Shown here in pieces: positions 40,186-51,500 of a stretch of 64,000 nt of DNA. The notes beneath the pieces are model-generated. The model ran no database searches. It had not been told where the DNA came from and saw only the letters and a list, made by a program, of their open reading frames with translations. Source of the stretch: an uncultured Candidatus Rokubacteria bacterium (GTDB lineage Bacteria; Methylomirabilota; Methylomirabilia; Rokubacteriales; DASRDR01); NCBI GenBank assembly GCA_963805625.1, contig CAWDVE010000017.1:672001-736000 (forward strand), in the 5' to 3' direction. Made by a program: the position numbers and the translations under genes. Position 1 is the stretch's first letter. Each line of letters starts with the position of its first letter.

Positions 40186-40587
40186 TCAGGCGCGACGGAC
40201 CATGAGCTTGACCGCCGGCGCCAGGGTGTTGTGCACGATGCAGCCGCGCTCTGCGATCGTGACCAGCTTGTCGAGGACGTCCGTTGCGAGCGCCGTGCCC
40301 CCAACCTCGAGCTCGATCGCGTCGAAGCGGGGCGGAGCGGCGGCGAGCGTCCCCCGGACCGTCACCTGCAAGCCCTCCACCGGGATGCTGCGCGCCCCCG
40401 CCGCGGCGACGAGGTTGCTCATGAAGCATCCGCCCAGGGCCACCAGCAGCAGCTCGCCCCCCATCGGCCCTTGATCGAGGCCGCCCTTGGGTGTCGGCCG
40501 GTCGATCAGAACCCGGTGGTCTCGGGCGACGCCCTCCGACGTCGACGTGCCGCGCACCTGGGTGATCGTCGCGACGAGGTCGGACAC
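40186..40587 (-). CDS. OsmC/Ohr-family protein
   Basis: 'D.P...GG.D.GP...E.LL.ALGGC', 'C.V.NTL'. Confidence 0.9.
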   Translation of the reverse strand: MSDLVATITQVRGTSTSEGVARDHRVLIDRPTPKGGLDQGPMGGELLLVALGGCFMSNLVAAAGARSIPVEGLQVTVRGTLAAAPPRFDAIELEVGGTALATDVLDKLVTIAERGCIVHNTLAPAVKLMVRRA

Positions 40588-40784
40588 GGCTCTCCTCCCG
40601 GTGGTCAGAGTGGCCGCGCCTGCCGCGGTCTCCCGGCAAGCGCCCTCATGTTGTTCGACGATTCCGACCGCCTCCGGGATTCCCGGTGAGCGGGGCCGGG
40701 TCGGGCCCGAGTGCCTATGGTACCCTGGCCCGTGTTGGTCGGCGCCCGCCGGCCGGCCCGCTCATCACTCGCAAGGAGGAGCTC

Positions 40785-41291
40785 GTGTCGATCAGGGTCG
40801 GAGATCGTCTGCCGGAAGGTACCCTCACGGAGTTCTACGAGCAGGAAGCTCCGGGCTGCAGCGTCGGCCCCAACAATTTCCACGTGTCCGAGCTGGTCAA
40901 GGGGCGGAAGATCATCATCTTCGGGCTGCCGGGGGCCTTCACCCCGACCTGCTCGGCCAAGCACGTGCCGGGCTACGTCACGACCCACGATCGGCTCCTG
41001 GCCAAGGGCGTCGACGAGATCTGGTGCGTGTCCGTCAACGACGCCTTCGTGATGGGCGCCTGGGGCCGGGATCAGAAGGCCGGGGGCAAGGTCCGCATGA
41101 TGGCCGACGGCAGCGCCACCTACACGAAGGCCCTGGGCCTCGAGATGGACCTGACAGCCCGCGGCATGGGAATCCGCTCGCAGCGCTACTCGATGCTGGT
41201 CGACAACGGCGTCGTGAAGGCGCTCCACGTCGAGCAGCCGGGGAAGTTCGAGGTCAGCGACGCCGAGACCATGCTCCGCGGCCTCGCCTGA
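40785..41291 (+). CDS. Prx5-type peroxiredoxin
   Basis: AAGGAGG RBS before GTG; 'PGAFTPTCS..HVPGY', 'SVND.FVM.AW', 'RS.RYSM'. Confidence 0.95.
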   Translation: MSIRVGDRLPEGTLTEFYEQEAPGCSVGPNNFHVSELVKGRKIIIFGLPGAFTPTCSAKHVPGYVTTHDRLLAKGVDEIWCVSVNDAFVMGAWGRDQKAGGKVRMMADGSATYTKALGLEMDLTARGMGIRSQRYSMLVDNGVVKALHVEQPGKFEVSDAETMLRGLA

Positions 41292-41386
41292 CCGGTCCTC
41301 CCCGCACGGCCGCCCCGGCGGTCGTGGCCGCCGCCCCGGCTCCATCGGCCGGAACGCGGCGCGTGTGGCCGCCGGCCGGGGCGCCT

Positions 41387-42433
41387 ATGAGCGGCGCTGA
41401 CGGCGGCCCCGCATCCGCTCCCGAGCCGGAGTGGGCCAGCTGGCCGGACGACCGCCTCCTCGACCTCCGGCTCTGCGACCTCGGTCTGACTATCCGGGCG
41501 GGAGAGCTCTCGGACCGGATCGAGCAGCTCTACGACGAGCTCGAGAAGCTGGGGCTTCGCTTCCGGCCGCACTTCTGGCTCTCCGACGAGTGGTACTGCC
41601 CCGACGGCGTCCCCGGGGTGGCGATTCCCTTCTACCTGGCCCACCCGCGGCTCGCCCGGCTGGAGCTGACCCACATGCTCGAGGTCGAGGGCGGGACGCC
41701 GGAATGGTGCATGCGGCTCCTGCGGCACGAGACGGGGCACGCCATCGAGAACGCCTACCGGTTGCGCCGGCGCCGCCGCCGCCAGAAACTCTTCGGCAAA
41801 TCGTCCGAGCGCTATCGGGACTACTACGTTCCGCGCCCCTACAGCCGTCGCTTCGTGGTGCACCTGGAGCAGTGGTACGCGCAGAGCCACCCTGACGAGG
41901 ACTTCGCCGAGACGTTCGCCGTGTGGCTGGCGCCGGAGTCGAACTGGCGCGAGCGCTACGCGGGGTGGCCCGTCCTGAAGAAGCTCGAGTACGTCGACGC
42001 GACGATGCAGGAGATCGCCGACCGGCGCCCGGCGGTGGTTTCGCGGGCCCGGGTCGATCCACTCTCGCGCCTGCGAAAGACCCTACGCCAGCACTACGAG
42101 GAGAAGCGCCGGCACTACGGCCTCGACGCGGACGTCTCCTACGACCGCGACCTCCGGCGGCTGTTCTCGGCGGCGCCGGAGTTCCGGGAGCGCCCCTCGG
42201 CAGCCCGATTTCTCGGGCGGATCCGTCCCGAGGTGCGCCGCCGTGTGGCGCAGGGCACCGGCGTCTACCAGTACACGATCGACCAGGTGCTCGGGGACAT
42301 GATCGACCGCTGCCGGGAGCTCGGGCTGCGGGTCGCGGTGCCCGAGGAGCAGGCGAAGCTCGACTTCACGATCGCGCTCACGGTGCAGACGATGAACTAC
42401 CTCCACAGCGGGCGCCACCGCATCGTCCGATGA
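41387..42433 (+). CDS. Putative zinc metallopeptidase (HExxH)
   Basis: 'LRHETGH', 'YAQSHPDEDFAETFAVW'. Confidence 0.85.
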   Translation: MSGADGGPASAPEPEWASWPDDRLLDLRLCDLGLTIRAGELSDRIEQLYDELEKLGLRFRPHFWLSDEWYCPDGVPGVAIPFYLAHPRLARLELTHMLEVEGGTPEWCMRLLRHETGHAIENAYRLRRRRRRQKLFGKSSERYRDYYVPRPYSRRFVVHLEQWYAQSHPDEDFAETFAVWLAPESNWRERYAGWPVLKKLEYVDATMQEIADRRPAVVSRARVDPLSRLRKTLRQHYEEKRRHYGLDADVSYDRDLRRLFSAAPEFRERPSAARFLGRIRPEVRRRVAQGTGVYQYTIDQVLGDMIDRCRELGLRVAVPEEQAKLDFTIALTVQTMNYLHSGRHRIVR

Positions 42434-43452
42434 AGCCGCTCCGCGTGCTCGCGCTGGTGCACGAGGACCTCGTGCCGCCGGACGACCCGGGCGACGCCGA
42501 TGTGCTCGCGGTGCCCTGGAAGACGGAGTACGACGTCGTCAGCACGCTGCGGGAGATGGGGCACGAGGTGCGCCCGCTCGGGGTCCGGAGTGACCTCCGC
42601 GTGGTCCGCGAGGCGATCGAGGAGTGGCAGCCCCACATCGCCTTCAACCTCCTCGAGGAGTTCGACGGCGTCGCGACCTACGACCAGAACGTGGTGGCGT
42701 ATCTCGAGCTCCTGCGGGTCCCCTACACGGGCTGTAACCCCCGGGGCCTCATGCTGAGCCGAGACAAGGCGCTCTCGAAGAAGGTCTTGGCCTACCACCG
42801 GATCCCGTGCCCGGACTTCGCGGTGTTCCCCCTCGGCCGGGCCGCGCGGCGCCCGCGGCGTCTGTCCTTCCCGCTGATCGTGAAGTCGCTCACCGAGGAC
42901 GCGTCCCTCGGCATCTCTCAGGCGTCCGTCGTGGAGAACGACGACAAGCTCCGCGAGCGGGTGGCGTTCGTCCACGAGAGCCTGGGAACCAGCGCCATCG
43001 TGGAGCGGTACATCGAGGGCCGCGAGCTGTACGTGGGGGTCGTCGGGAACCGCCGGCTCCGCGTGTTCCCGGTCTGGGAGCTTCGAATGGAGGGCCTTCC
43101 CGACGAGGCCCGGCCGATCGCGACCCAGCGCCTCAAGTGGAGCCGGCCCTACCAGAAGAAGTACGGCATCCGGTGGGGCGAGGCCCGCGGCCTGCCCGAC
43201 CCGGTCACCCGGCGGGTCCAGGATCTGGCCAAGCGGATCTACCGCACCCTCGGGCTCAGCGGATACGCGCGCATCGACTTCCGCCTCGACGCCAGCCAGG
43301 GGACGTACGCGCTCGAGGCGAACCCCAATCCCGAGATCGCGTACGGCGAGGAGCTGGCCGAGTCGGCGGAGAAGGCCGGCCTGTCCTACGAGGGGCTCCT
43401 CCAGCAGATCCTGAGCCTCGGGCTCCACTGGCGCCACGACGTCTACGCGTAG
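42430..43452 (+). CDS. D-Ala-D-Ala-ligase-like ATP-grasp protein
   Basis: 'LE...VPYTG', 'DK..SK', 'FP.IVK', 'S.GI', 'E.YI.GRE', 'YARIDFR', 'EANPNP'; ATGA overlap with the peptidase gene. Confidence 0.9.
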   Translation: MKPLRVLALVHEDLVPPDDPGDADVLAVPWKTEYDVVSTLREMGHEVRPLGVRSDLRVVREAIEEWQPHIAFNLLEEFDGVATYDQNVVAYLELLRVPYTGCNPRGLMLSRDKALSKKVLAYHRIPCPDFAVFPLGRAARRPRRLSFPLIVKSLTEDASLGISQASVVENDDKLRERVAFVHESLGTSAIVERYIEGRELYVGVVGNRRLRVFPVWELRMEGLPDEARPIATQRLKWSRPYQKKYGIRWGEARGLPDPVTRRVQDLAKRIYRTLGLSGYARIDFRLDASQGTYALEANPNPEIAYGEELAESAEKAGLSYEGLLQQILSLGLHWRHDVYA

Positions 43453-43561
43453 CGACGGGGTCGCCGTCCGGCGTGAGCGACCTGGAGACATCACGGCGAT
43501 TGCGGCGAGTCCCGGCCTCGGTTTTGAGCTGGGGCTCCTGAAGAGGTCGGGGATGTGCTGC

Positions 43562-43639
43562 GTGTTCGTGATCACCGCCTACGGATTGGGGCCGAAGGCA
43601 TTGCGTGCCCTGCGACGTCGGCGTCGGAGGAGATCATGA
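43562..43639 (+). pseudogene. 3' remnant of a probable toxin gene (BrnT/DUF4258-like tail)
   Basis: 'VFVITAYGLGPKALRALRRRRRRRS*'; its stop overlaps the next ATG and the N-terminus is absent. Confidence 0.55.
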
Positions 43640-43836
43640 CGAGGACGGCATTCCCGGCGGGCTGGGACGAGACCCGCGTGCGCCGTGTGCTGGAGCACTA
43701 CGAGAGCCAGTCCGATGAAGAGGCCGTAGCTGAAGATGAGGCCGCATTCGAGTTGACGACCCACACGGCCATGGAGGTTCCAGTGGAGCTCGTGCCGGAA
43801 GTACGGGAGCTGTTGGCCAAACACCGGGCGGGTTGA
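43636..43836 (+). CDS. Small acidic antitoxin-like protein
   Basis: 'FP.GWDE.RV..VL.HYE.Q...EAVAEDEA......MEVP.ELVP.VREL', GGAGG RBS. Confidence 0.75.
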   Translation: MTRTAFPAGWDETRVRRVLEHYESQSDEEAVAEDEAAFELTTHTAMEVPVELVPEVRELLAKHRAG

Positions 43837-43984
43837 TCCAGATCGGCACGAGCTGGCGGTCGTGCACGGGAACACTGTCGTGGAGAGCGCCAATGGGGCG
43901 CCCGTGGAACGAGGAGGCCGCCGCACGCCCTCATGGGTGTGGCTTTCGTGGGCGTGGCTGAGGCATCGCCGCCCGCGTGATGGG

Positions 43985-45127
43985 TCACTCGCGGGCGGCG
44001 CCTCTCGCATCCGGGGCCTTCAGCCCCACGACGTTGAACGCCGGCACTGGCTTCGAGAACCCCTTGAGCGAGAGCTCCCCGACCGACTCCGCCTCCGCGA
44101 GGCCCTCCACGGCCCCCAGGAGGCGCTGCGAGACCAGGATCTGGCCGGGCTTCGCCTCGCCGCAGAGGCGCGCGGCCAGATTGGTGACCGTCCCGACGGC
44201 GCCGTAGTCTAGGCGCCCTTCGAAGCCGATGGCGCCGATCGTGGCGAAGCCCTGCGCGATGCCGATCCCGATGTCGAGCTCGTGCCCACGTTTGCGCCAC
44301 CGAGCGCCGAGCTCCCCGACCCGGTCCCGCATCGCGAGGACCATCCGGACCGCCCGTTCGGGAGCATCCGGGACCGGCACGGGGTCGTTGAAGAACACCA
44401 TCATGCCGTCCCCGGCGAAGCGCTCCAGCGTGCCCTCATGGGCGAGGATCAGCGCGCCCATCGCGGCCTGGTATTCGCGGAGGACTCCCATGACCTCCTC
44501 CGGCTCGGCGGTCTCGGCGAACGCCGTGAAGCCGCGCAAGTCCAGGAAGACGACGGTCACCTCCCGCCGGTGCGTCTTCAGGGGGTCCTCGGCGCCCCCG
44601 TCCACGATCAGCTCGGCGAGCTGCGGGGAGAAGAAGCGCCTGAGGCGTGAGAGCCGGTCGAGCTGGGCCACCTGGGCCTGGACACGCTGCTCGAGCGTCC
44701 GGTTCCACTCGGCACGCTGCGCGGACAGCGCCTCCACCGAGTCGTGGAGCTCCTTGATCCGCAGCATCGACTTGACCCGGGCGACCAGCGCGATCTGGTC
44801 CACGGGCTTGGTCAGGTACTCGTCTCCGCCGGCCTCGAGCCCCGCCACGACATCCTTCGGGTCAGCCTTCGCAGTGACCATGATGATCGGCGTGAACGGG
44901 AAGGAGGGGTCCGCCCGGAGCTGCCGGCAGACCTCGAGCCCGTCCACCTTGGGCATCATGACGTCTAGGAGGATCAGGTCCGGCAGGGACTCTCGGGCCG
45001 CGGCCAGCGCCGCCTCACCGTCCGTCGCGGTCACGACGTCGTAGCCCTGGGCCGCCAGCCGGAGCTGGAGGATGTGGACGTTCGCGGGTGTGTCGTCCAC
45101 GACGAGGATCCGCGGCGGCGTTCGCAC
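43985..45127 (-). CDS. Response-regulator receiver fused to a class III nucleotide cyclase
   Basis: REC 'LVVDD...LLDVMMP..DG..KP'; cyclase 'FLDLRGFT', 'GDG', 'DY.A.G.VTNLAARL', 'LKG'. Confidence 0.95.
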   Translation of the reverse strand: MRTPPRILVVDDTPANVHILQLRLAAQGYDVVTATDGEAALAAARESLPDLILLDVMMPKVDGLEVCRQLRADPSFPFTPIIMVTAKADPKDVVAGLEAGGDEYLTKPVDQIALVARVKSMLRIKELHDSVEALSAQRAEWNRTLEQRVQAQVAQLDRLSRLRRFFSPQLAELIVDGGAEDPLKTHRREVTVVFLDLRGFTAFAETAEPEEVMGVLREYQAAMGALILAHEGTLERFAGDGMMVFFNDPVPVPDAPERAVRMVLAMRDRVGELGARWRKRGHELDIGIGIAQGFATIGAIGFEGRLDYGAVGTVTNLAARLCGEAKPGQILVSQRLLGAVEGLAEAESVGELSLKGFSKPVPAFNVVGLKAPDARGAARE

Positions 45128-45146
45128 GAGGCGGGCCTCCCGCGCT

Positions 45147-45512
45147 TTATCCGAGGTACTCGCGGATCTTGGCCAGCAGCAGCCGGGGGACGAAAGGCTT
45201 GGTCACGTAGGCGTCGCAGCCGGCCTCGAAGGCCTTCACATCGTCGCCGCTCAGCGCGTACGAGGTCACGACGATGAGCGGGACGGCGCGAAGCGCCGGG
45301 TTCGCCTTGATCCGTCGGGTCGCCTCGTAGCCGTCGAGGCCGGGGAGCTGGATGTCCATGAGGATGAGATCGGGGCGCTCCGTCTCCGCCAGCCTCACCC
45401 CGTCCTCGCCGGTCTCCGCCTCGATCAGCTCGAAGCCGGCCTTTGTGAGGAGCAGCCGCAGGATGCGCCGGTTCTCCTCGTGGTCCTCCACCACCAGGAT
45501 CCGCTTGCTCAC
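45147..45512 (-). CDS. Single-domain response regulator (DivK-like)
   Basis: 'ILVVED', 'LMDIQLP..DG', 'TSYA', 'GCD.Y..KP'. Confidence 0.95.
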   Translation of the reverse strand: MSKRILVVEDHEENRRILRLLLTKAGFELIEAETGEDGVRLAETERPDLILMDIQLPGLDGYEATRRIKANPALRAVPLIVVTSYALSGDDVKAFEAGCDAYVTKPFVPRLLLAKIREYLG

Positions 45513-48500
45513 GGCGCCGCCACCTGCCGCTCGACCCGTACCGGCAGCGCGAATCGGAACGTCGAGCCCCGGCCGAGGGTGGACTCCACCCAGATCCGGC
45601 CGCCGTGGAGCTCGACGATCCGCTTCGCGATCGCCAGGCCGAGGCCGGTCCCGCCCTTCTTCCGGGTGCTGGAGCTGTCGGCCTGCTGGAACTCCTCGAA
45701 GATCTTCGCCTGATCCGCTTCGGAGATCCCGGGGCCGGTGTCGGCCACCGAGACCACGAAGGCGCCGTGCGAAACGGTGACCTCCACCCGCACCTCTCCG
45801 GCCTCGGTGAACTTGAGGGCATTGCCCACCAGGTTCAGGAGCACCTGGGCGATCCGCCGTGAGTCGCCCTTGCCGGGCGGCAGGTCGGGCGGCACGGTCA
45901 CGTGCAGCGCGAGGTGCTTCTCGGCGGCGAGCGATTCCACGTTCGTTGCGACGGCGTGCGTGACCTCTTCCATGGCGTAATCAGCAAGGGACAGCGTGAG
46001 CTGCCCTGCCTCAATCTTCGAGAGGTCGAGGACGTCGTTGATGAGGCCAAGCAAATGCTGACCGCTGTTCCGGGCGCGCTCGAGACTGTCCCGGATTGGC
46101 TCGGGCACCTCCCCGAAGGTCTCGTCGAGGATCAGCTCCGTATAGCCGAGGACGGCGTTGAGCGGGGTCCGGAGCTCGTGGCTCATGTTGGCGAGGAACT
46201 GGGACTTGTGCTGGCTCGCGACGGCGAGCTGCCGGCCCTGCTCCTCGACCTCGCGGAACAGCCGCGCGTTCTGGATGGCCAGCGCCGACTGGGTCGCGAA
46301 CGTCTTCAGGAGCTCCACCACCTCAGGCGGGAACTCGCCAGGAGTTCGCCGATTCACCGCGAGCGTGCCGATGACCTGATCCTCTCGCATGAGCGGCACC
46401 GCCAGCAGCGCCCGGTAGCCCATCCGGAGCAAGATGTCGCGCAAGTGCCCCTCGTAGCTGCCCTCCGGAAGGATGTCGGGCAGCTGCACAGGCTCCCGAC
46501 GCTCCGCCGCGCGTCCCGAGAGGCCCTCGCCCATCCGGACAGGCATGGCTCGGAGAGCCTCGACGAGCTCCGGCTCGATGTTGTGCGCGGCGCGAAGCTG
46601 GAACTCCCGGCTGACTTCTTCGTACTCGTAGATGGAGGCGCCGTCCGTGCCTGCGAGCTGGGCCGCCCGCGACACGATCGTGTTCAGCACGGTCTCAAGG
46701 TCGAGGGTGGAGCTGACCGCCTGACCGACCTCGCCGAGCGCCCGCAGCTCCGCGACCGAGCGCGTGAGCTGAGCCGTCCGGGCCCGGAGCTCCTGGAACA
46801 GTCGCACGTTCTCGATGGCGATCACCGCCTGGGCCGCGAAGGTCTCGAGGAGCTTGACCTGTTTGTCCGTGAACGGCCGGCACTCCATCCGGGCGACGGC
46901 GATCACGCCGATCGGCTGATCGTCCAGGAGCATCGGTACCGAGAGCGCGGTCCGGAAACCGGCTTCCACGATTGGAGTGGCGATGTATTCGGGGTCCTTA
47001 GTGAGGTCGGTGATGTGAGTCACCATCCGGGTGAGGATCGCGCGCGCCGCCGCAGTGCCGCGACCGGGTCGGATCGGGAATACCCGCCGCACCGCATCCA
47101 GCGCGTCCGGCGTCCAGTTGTGGTGCGCCACCAGGTAGATCAGGCCATCCGTGTAGCGGAACACGCCAGTGTTGGTCGCCTCGCACAGGGCTGTAGCGCT
47201 CTGTGCGATGGCATCGAAGACCGGCTGGACGTCGGTCGGCGAGCTGGAGATCACCCCAAGGATCGCTCCCGTGGCCGTCTGCTGCTCGAGGGCCTCGGTC
47301 AGCTCGCGGTTTCGCTCCTCGAGCTCCGTGAACAGCCGCACGTTCTCGATGGCGATCACCGCCTGGTCGGCGAAAGTCTTCGCGAGCTCGATCTGCTTGT
47401 CCGTGAAGGGCTGCACCTCATTCCGCCGCATGTAGATGACGCCGATGGGCACGCCTTCGCGCAGGAGCGGCGTGGCCAGCATCGTCCGGGCGGGGATACC
47501 ATCCTGCTGCGCGCGAGTCTGCCGAAAGCGTTCCAGCGTCTCGGGGAACTCCGTCTCGGGCAGCGCCAGGATGTCCTCGACATGGATCGACTGGCGATCA
47601 CGCACCGCGCGCCCCATCACGCCCCGAGGGCTCGCGGCGATGGTCACGCCGACCGGCAGGATCGCAGGCAGGGACCCATGTGCAGCCACGAGCCGAAGTG
47701 ATTCGCCTTCCAGGCGCCAGATCGCGGCATTGGCCGCGCCGCAGAATCGTGCGGCACTCTCGGCCACGACGTTCATGACCGGCTGGAGATCGGTCGGCGA
47801 GCTGGAAATGACCCGCAGGATCTCGGCGGTGGCGGTCTGCTGCTCGAGGGCCTCGGTCAGCTCGCGATTCCGCCCCTCGAGCTCCTTGAACAGTCGGACA
47901 TTCTCGATCGCGATCACAGCCTGGGCGGAGAAGGTCTTCGCTAGCGCGATCTGCTTGTCAGTGAAAGGCTGCACCTCACTTCGTCGCATGACGATGACCC
48001 CAATGGGTACATCCTCACGCAGAAGCGGCGTGGCCAGCATCGTCCCAGTGCGGACATGAACGCGCCGACTGCGTTCCAACGTCTCGGGGAACTCGGTCTC
48101 GGGAAGGGCCTCCAGGTCCAGGACATGAATCGTTTGCCGGTCACACACCGCCCGCCCGGACACGCCGCCCCGGCTCGCGGCGACGGTTGAGCCCACCGGT
48201 TGATTGGTAGGTGCGGGTCCATGTGCCGCGACGATCCGGAGGAGCTCGCCCTCCAGGCGAAGGATTGCGGCATTCGCCGCGCCGCAGAATCGCGCGGCGC
48301 TTTCGGCCACGACGTTCATGACCGGCTGGAGATCGGTCGGCGAGCCGGAGATCACCCGCAGGATCTCCGCCGTCGCCGTTTGCTGTTCGAGGGCGTCGAT
48401 CAGCTCGCGGTTCCGGGCCTCGAGCTCCTGGAACAGGCGCACGTTCTCGATCGCGATCACCGCTTGGTCGGCGAAGCTCTTGAGGAGCGCGATCTGCGTG

Positions 48501-51500
48501 TCCGAGAAGGGCCGAACCTCCGTCCGACGCATTGCGATCACGCCGATGGGGACACCCTCTCGTAGGAGGGGGGTCGCGAGGAAGGTCCGGATACCGGTCA
48601 GGCGCTGGCGCTCCCGCAACTCTGTGAAATCGGTCTCCACGGCCTCGGCAAAATCCTTGATATGGATCGTCTGTCCGTCTACTACGGAACGACCGTACAC
48701 TGTGGCGCGCGTGATGGGGATCCGGTCCCCAATCCGCCGCGTGGTATGCGCGGGCCCGTGGTGCGCGACGAGCTGGAGGGCGTCGCCATCCATGCGAAGA
48801 ATCGTGGCATCCGCCGCACCACAGAGTCGCGCGGCGCTCTCGAGCACAGCCTCCATGACCGGCTGGAGATCGGTCGGGGAGCTGGAGATGACCCGCAGGA
48901 TCTCGGCGGTGGCCGTCTGCTGCTCGAGCGCCTCGGTCAGCTCACGGTTCCGGGCCTCGAGCTCCGTGAACAGCCGCACGTTCTCGATCGCGATCACCGC
49001 CTGGTCGGCGAAGGTCTTCAGCAGCTCGATCTGCTTCTCGGTGAATGGCTGCACCTCATTTCGCCGCAGGTAGATGACGCCAATGGGCACGCCTTCGCGT
49101 AAGAGCGGCGTGGCCAGCATCGTCCGAGCAGAGATACGAGCTTGCCGGAAGCGTTCCATCGTCTCGGGGAATTCCGTCTCGGGCATCGCCAGAATGTCCT
49201 CGATGTGGATCGTTTGCCGATCACGCACCACGCGCCCACCGAAACTCCGAGGGCCTACGGAGATGATCCCGCCAATCGGCACGGACGAAGGCGTAGGCCC
49301 ATGGGTCGCGACGAGCCGCAGCGACTCGCCTTCCAGGCGAAAGATCGCGGCATTAACCGCGCCGCAGAATCGTGCGGCACTCTCGGCCACGACCTCCATC
49401 ACGGGCTGGAGGTCGGTTGGCGAGCTGGAGATGACCCGGAGGATCTCGGCGGTGGCCGTCTGCTGCTCGAGGGCCTCGGTGAGATCGCGGTTGCGGGCTT
49501 CCAGCTCCTGGAACAGCCGCACATTTTCGATGGCGATCACTGCCTGATCGGCGAAGGTCTTGGCCAGCGCGATCTGCTTGTCCGTGAAGGGCCGCACCTC
49601 GTCCCGCCGCATGTAGATGACGCCAATGGGTACGCCTTCGCGGAGAAGCGGTGTGGCGAGCATAGTTCGAGCGAGAGCGTAGGAACCACTCTGCCGCCCG
49701 CGTTCTGCCGTCTCGGGAAATGCCGTTTCGGGCAGCGCCCGGAAGTCCTCGACGTGGATCGACTTGCGCTCACGCACTGCGCGCCCACTCACGCTGCCCG
49801 AACTCGCGGCGATGGTTGTGCCGATCGGCAGGTCGACAGGTCGTGGCCCGTGTGCCGCAACGAGGCGGAGGAACTCGCCCTCCAAGCGGAGGATCGCGGC
49901 ATCCGTCGCGCCACAGAAGCGCGCGGCGCTCTCGGCCACGACGTCCATCACCGGCTGCAGATCGGTCGGCGAGCTAGAGATCACCCGCAGGATCTCAGCC
50001 GTGGCGGTCTGCTGCTCGAGGGCCTCGGTGAGATCGCGGTTGCGGGCTTCCAGCTCCTGGAACAGCCGCACGTTCTCGATCGCGATCACCGCCTGGGCGG
50101 CGAACGTCTGAAGCAGCTCGATCTGCTTCGAGGAGAAGGGCCCGGGGGCCGCGCGACCGACGGCAATGGCACCGATAGGACTTCCTTCCCGGAGCATCGG
50201 CACCGCCAACACGCTTCGAAAACCGATCGCCCGCGCAAGTGCGGTGTCGTACTCTGGCTCACTCTCGACATCGGGGATGTGGCAGACGGCTCGATCGAGG
50301 ATTGCACGACCCGCGCCGAGTCGCCGGGAGGGCGGCACGTCGTAACGCTGCCGGCTGGCCTCGAGGGCTTCGGGCGTGAAGTTGTGTACGGCCACCTGGT
50401 GGAGCAGCTCTCCATCGAAACGAGTGACGTTACAGTGCGTCCCCCCGCACAACCGCATCGCGCTGCGGGCGATGGCGTCGAACACCGGCTGCGCGTCTGT
50501 CTGAGAGCGGCTGATGACCCGCAGGATCTCGGCGGTCGCCGTCTGCTGCTCCAGGGCCTCGGTCAGCTCGCGGTTGCGAGCCTCAAGCTCCTGGAACAGC
50601 CGCACGTTCTCGATCGCGATGACCGCTTGGTGAGCGAAAGTCTCTAGGAGCGCGACTTGCCTTGCCGTGAAGGGCCGGACCTCGTTCCGCCAGATCGTGA
50701 TGGCGCCAACCGGGACGCCCTCGCGCAGGAGCGGCGTGGCCAGGGCCGTCCGAGCCCCCATGGGCCCGAGTTGGCGTGAGAGAGCTAGCGTCGCCGGGAA
50801 CTCCGTTTCGGGCAGCGCGCGCAGATCATCGACGTGGATGGTCCGTCGCTCTGCTACCGCCCGGCCGCTCACCGAGTCGCGCGTGAGAGGCCGGGTCTCC
50901 CCTATGCGTAGGGCTCCCGGCAGCGGGCCGTGCCTGGCCACCACCCGCAAGTCGTCTCCATCCACGCGGAAGATGATCGAATCCCTGGCGCCGCAGACCC
51001 GGGCGGCGTTTTCAGCGACGACGTCCATCACCGGCTGGAGATCGGTCGGCGAGCTGGAGATGACCCGCAGGATCTCCGCGGTGGCGGTCTGTTGCTCGAG
51101 CGCCTCGGTCAGCTCGCGGTTCCGGGCCTCGAGTTCCTGGAAGAGTCGCACGTTCTCGATCGCGATCACCGCCTGGTGGGCGAAGGTCTGGAGCAGCGTC
51201 ACCTGCTTGTCGGTGAACACTCCGGGGTCGCGACGCGCCACGAAGATCGTTCCGACGACCTGAACGTCGCGGAGCATAGGGACCATGAGAAGATTCCGTG
51301 CCCCGAGTATCCGTGCGCGCCGCCGTTGTGGCTCGGGTAGAGATGGCTCCGTCTCGGTGTCCGAGATGTTGAAGACACGCCCTTCGCGCACCACACGCGT
51401 CACCAATGTGTTTTCGTCCAGCGGGATGGGATACAGGCGCCTGAAGGCGTCAGCCTCTTCTTCCGGGGCGTGGACCGCGGCGAGGGTCAGCATGTCGTCC

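Noticed and set aside
42430-43452. Calling the ATP-grasp gene ddl or a vancomycin-resistance ligase
   Set aside because: It lacks the N-terminal GGxSxE motif and any cell-wall or van context.
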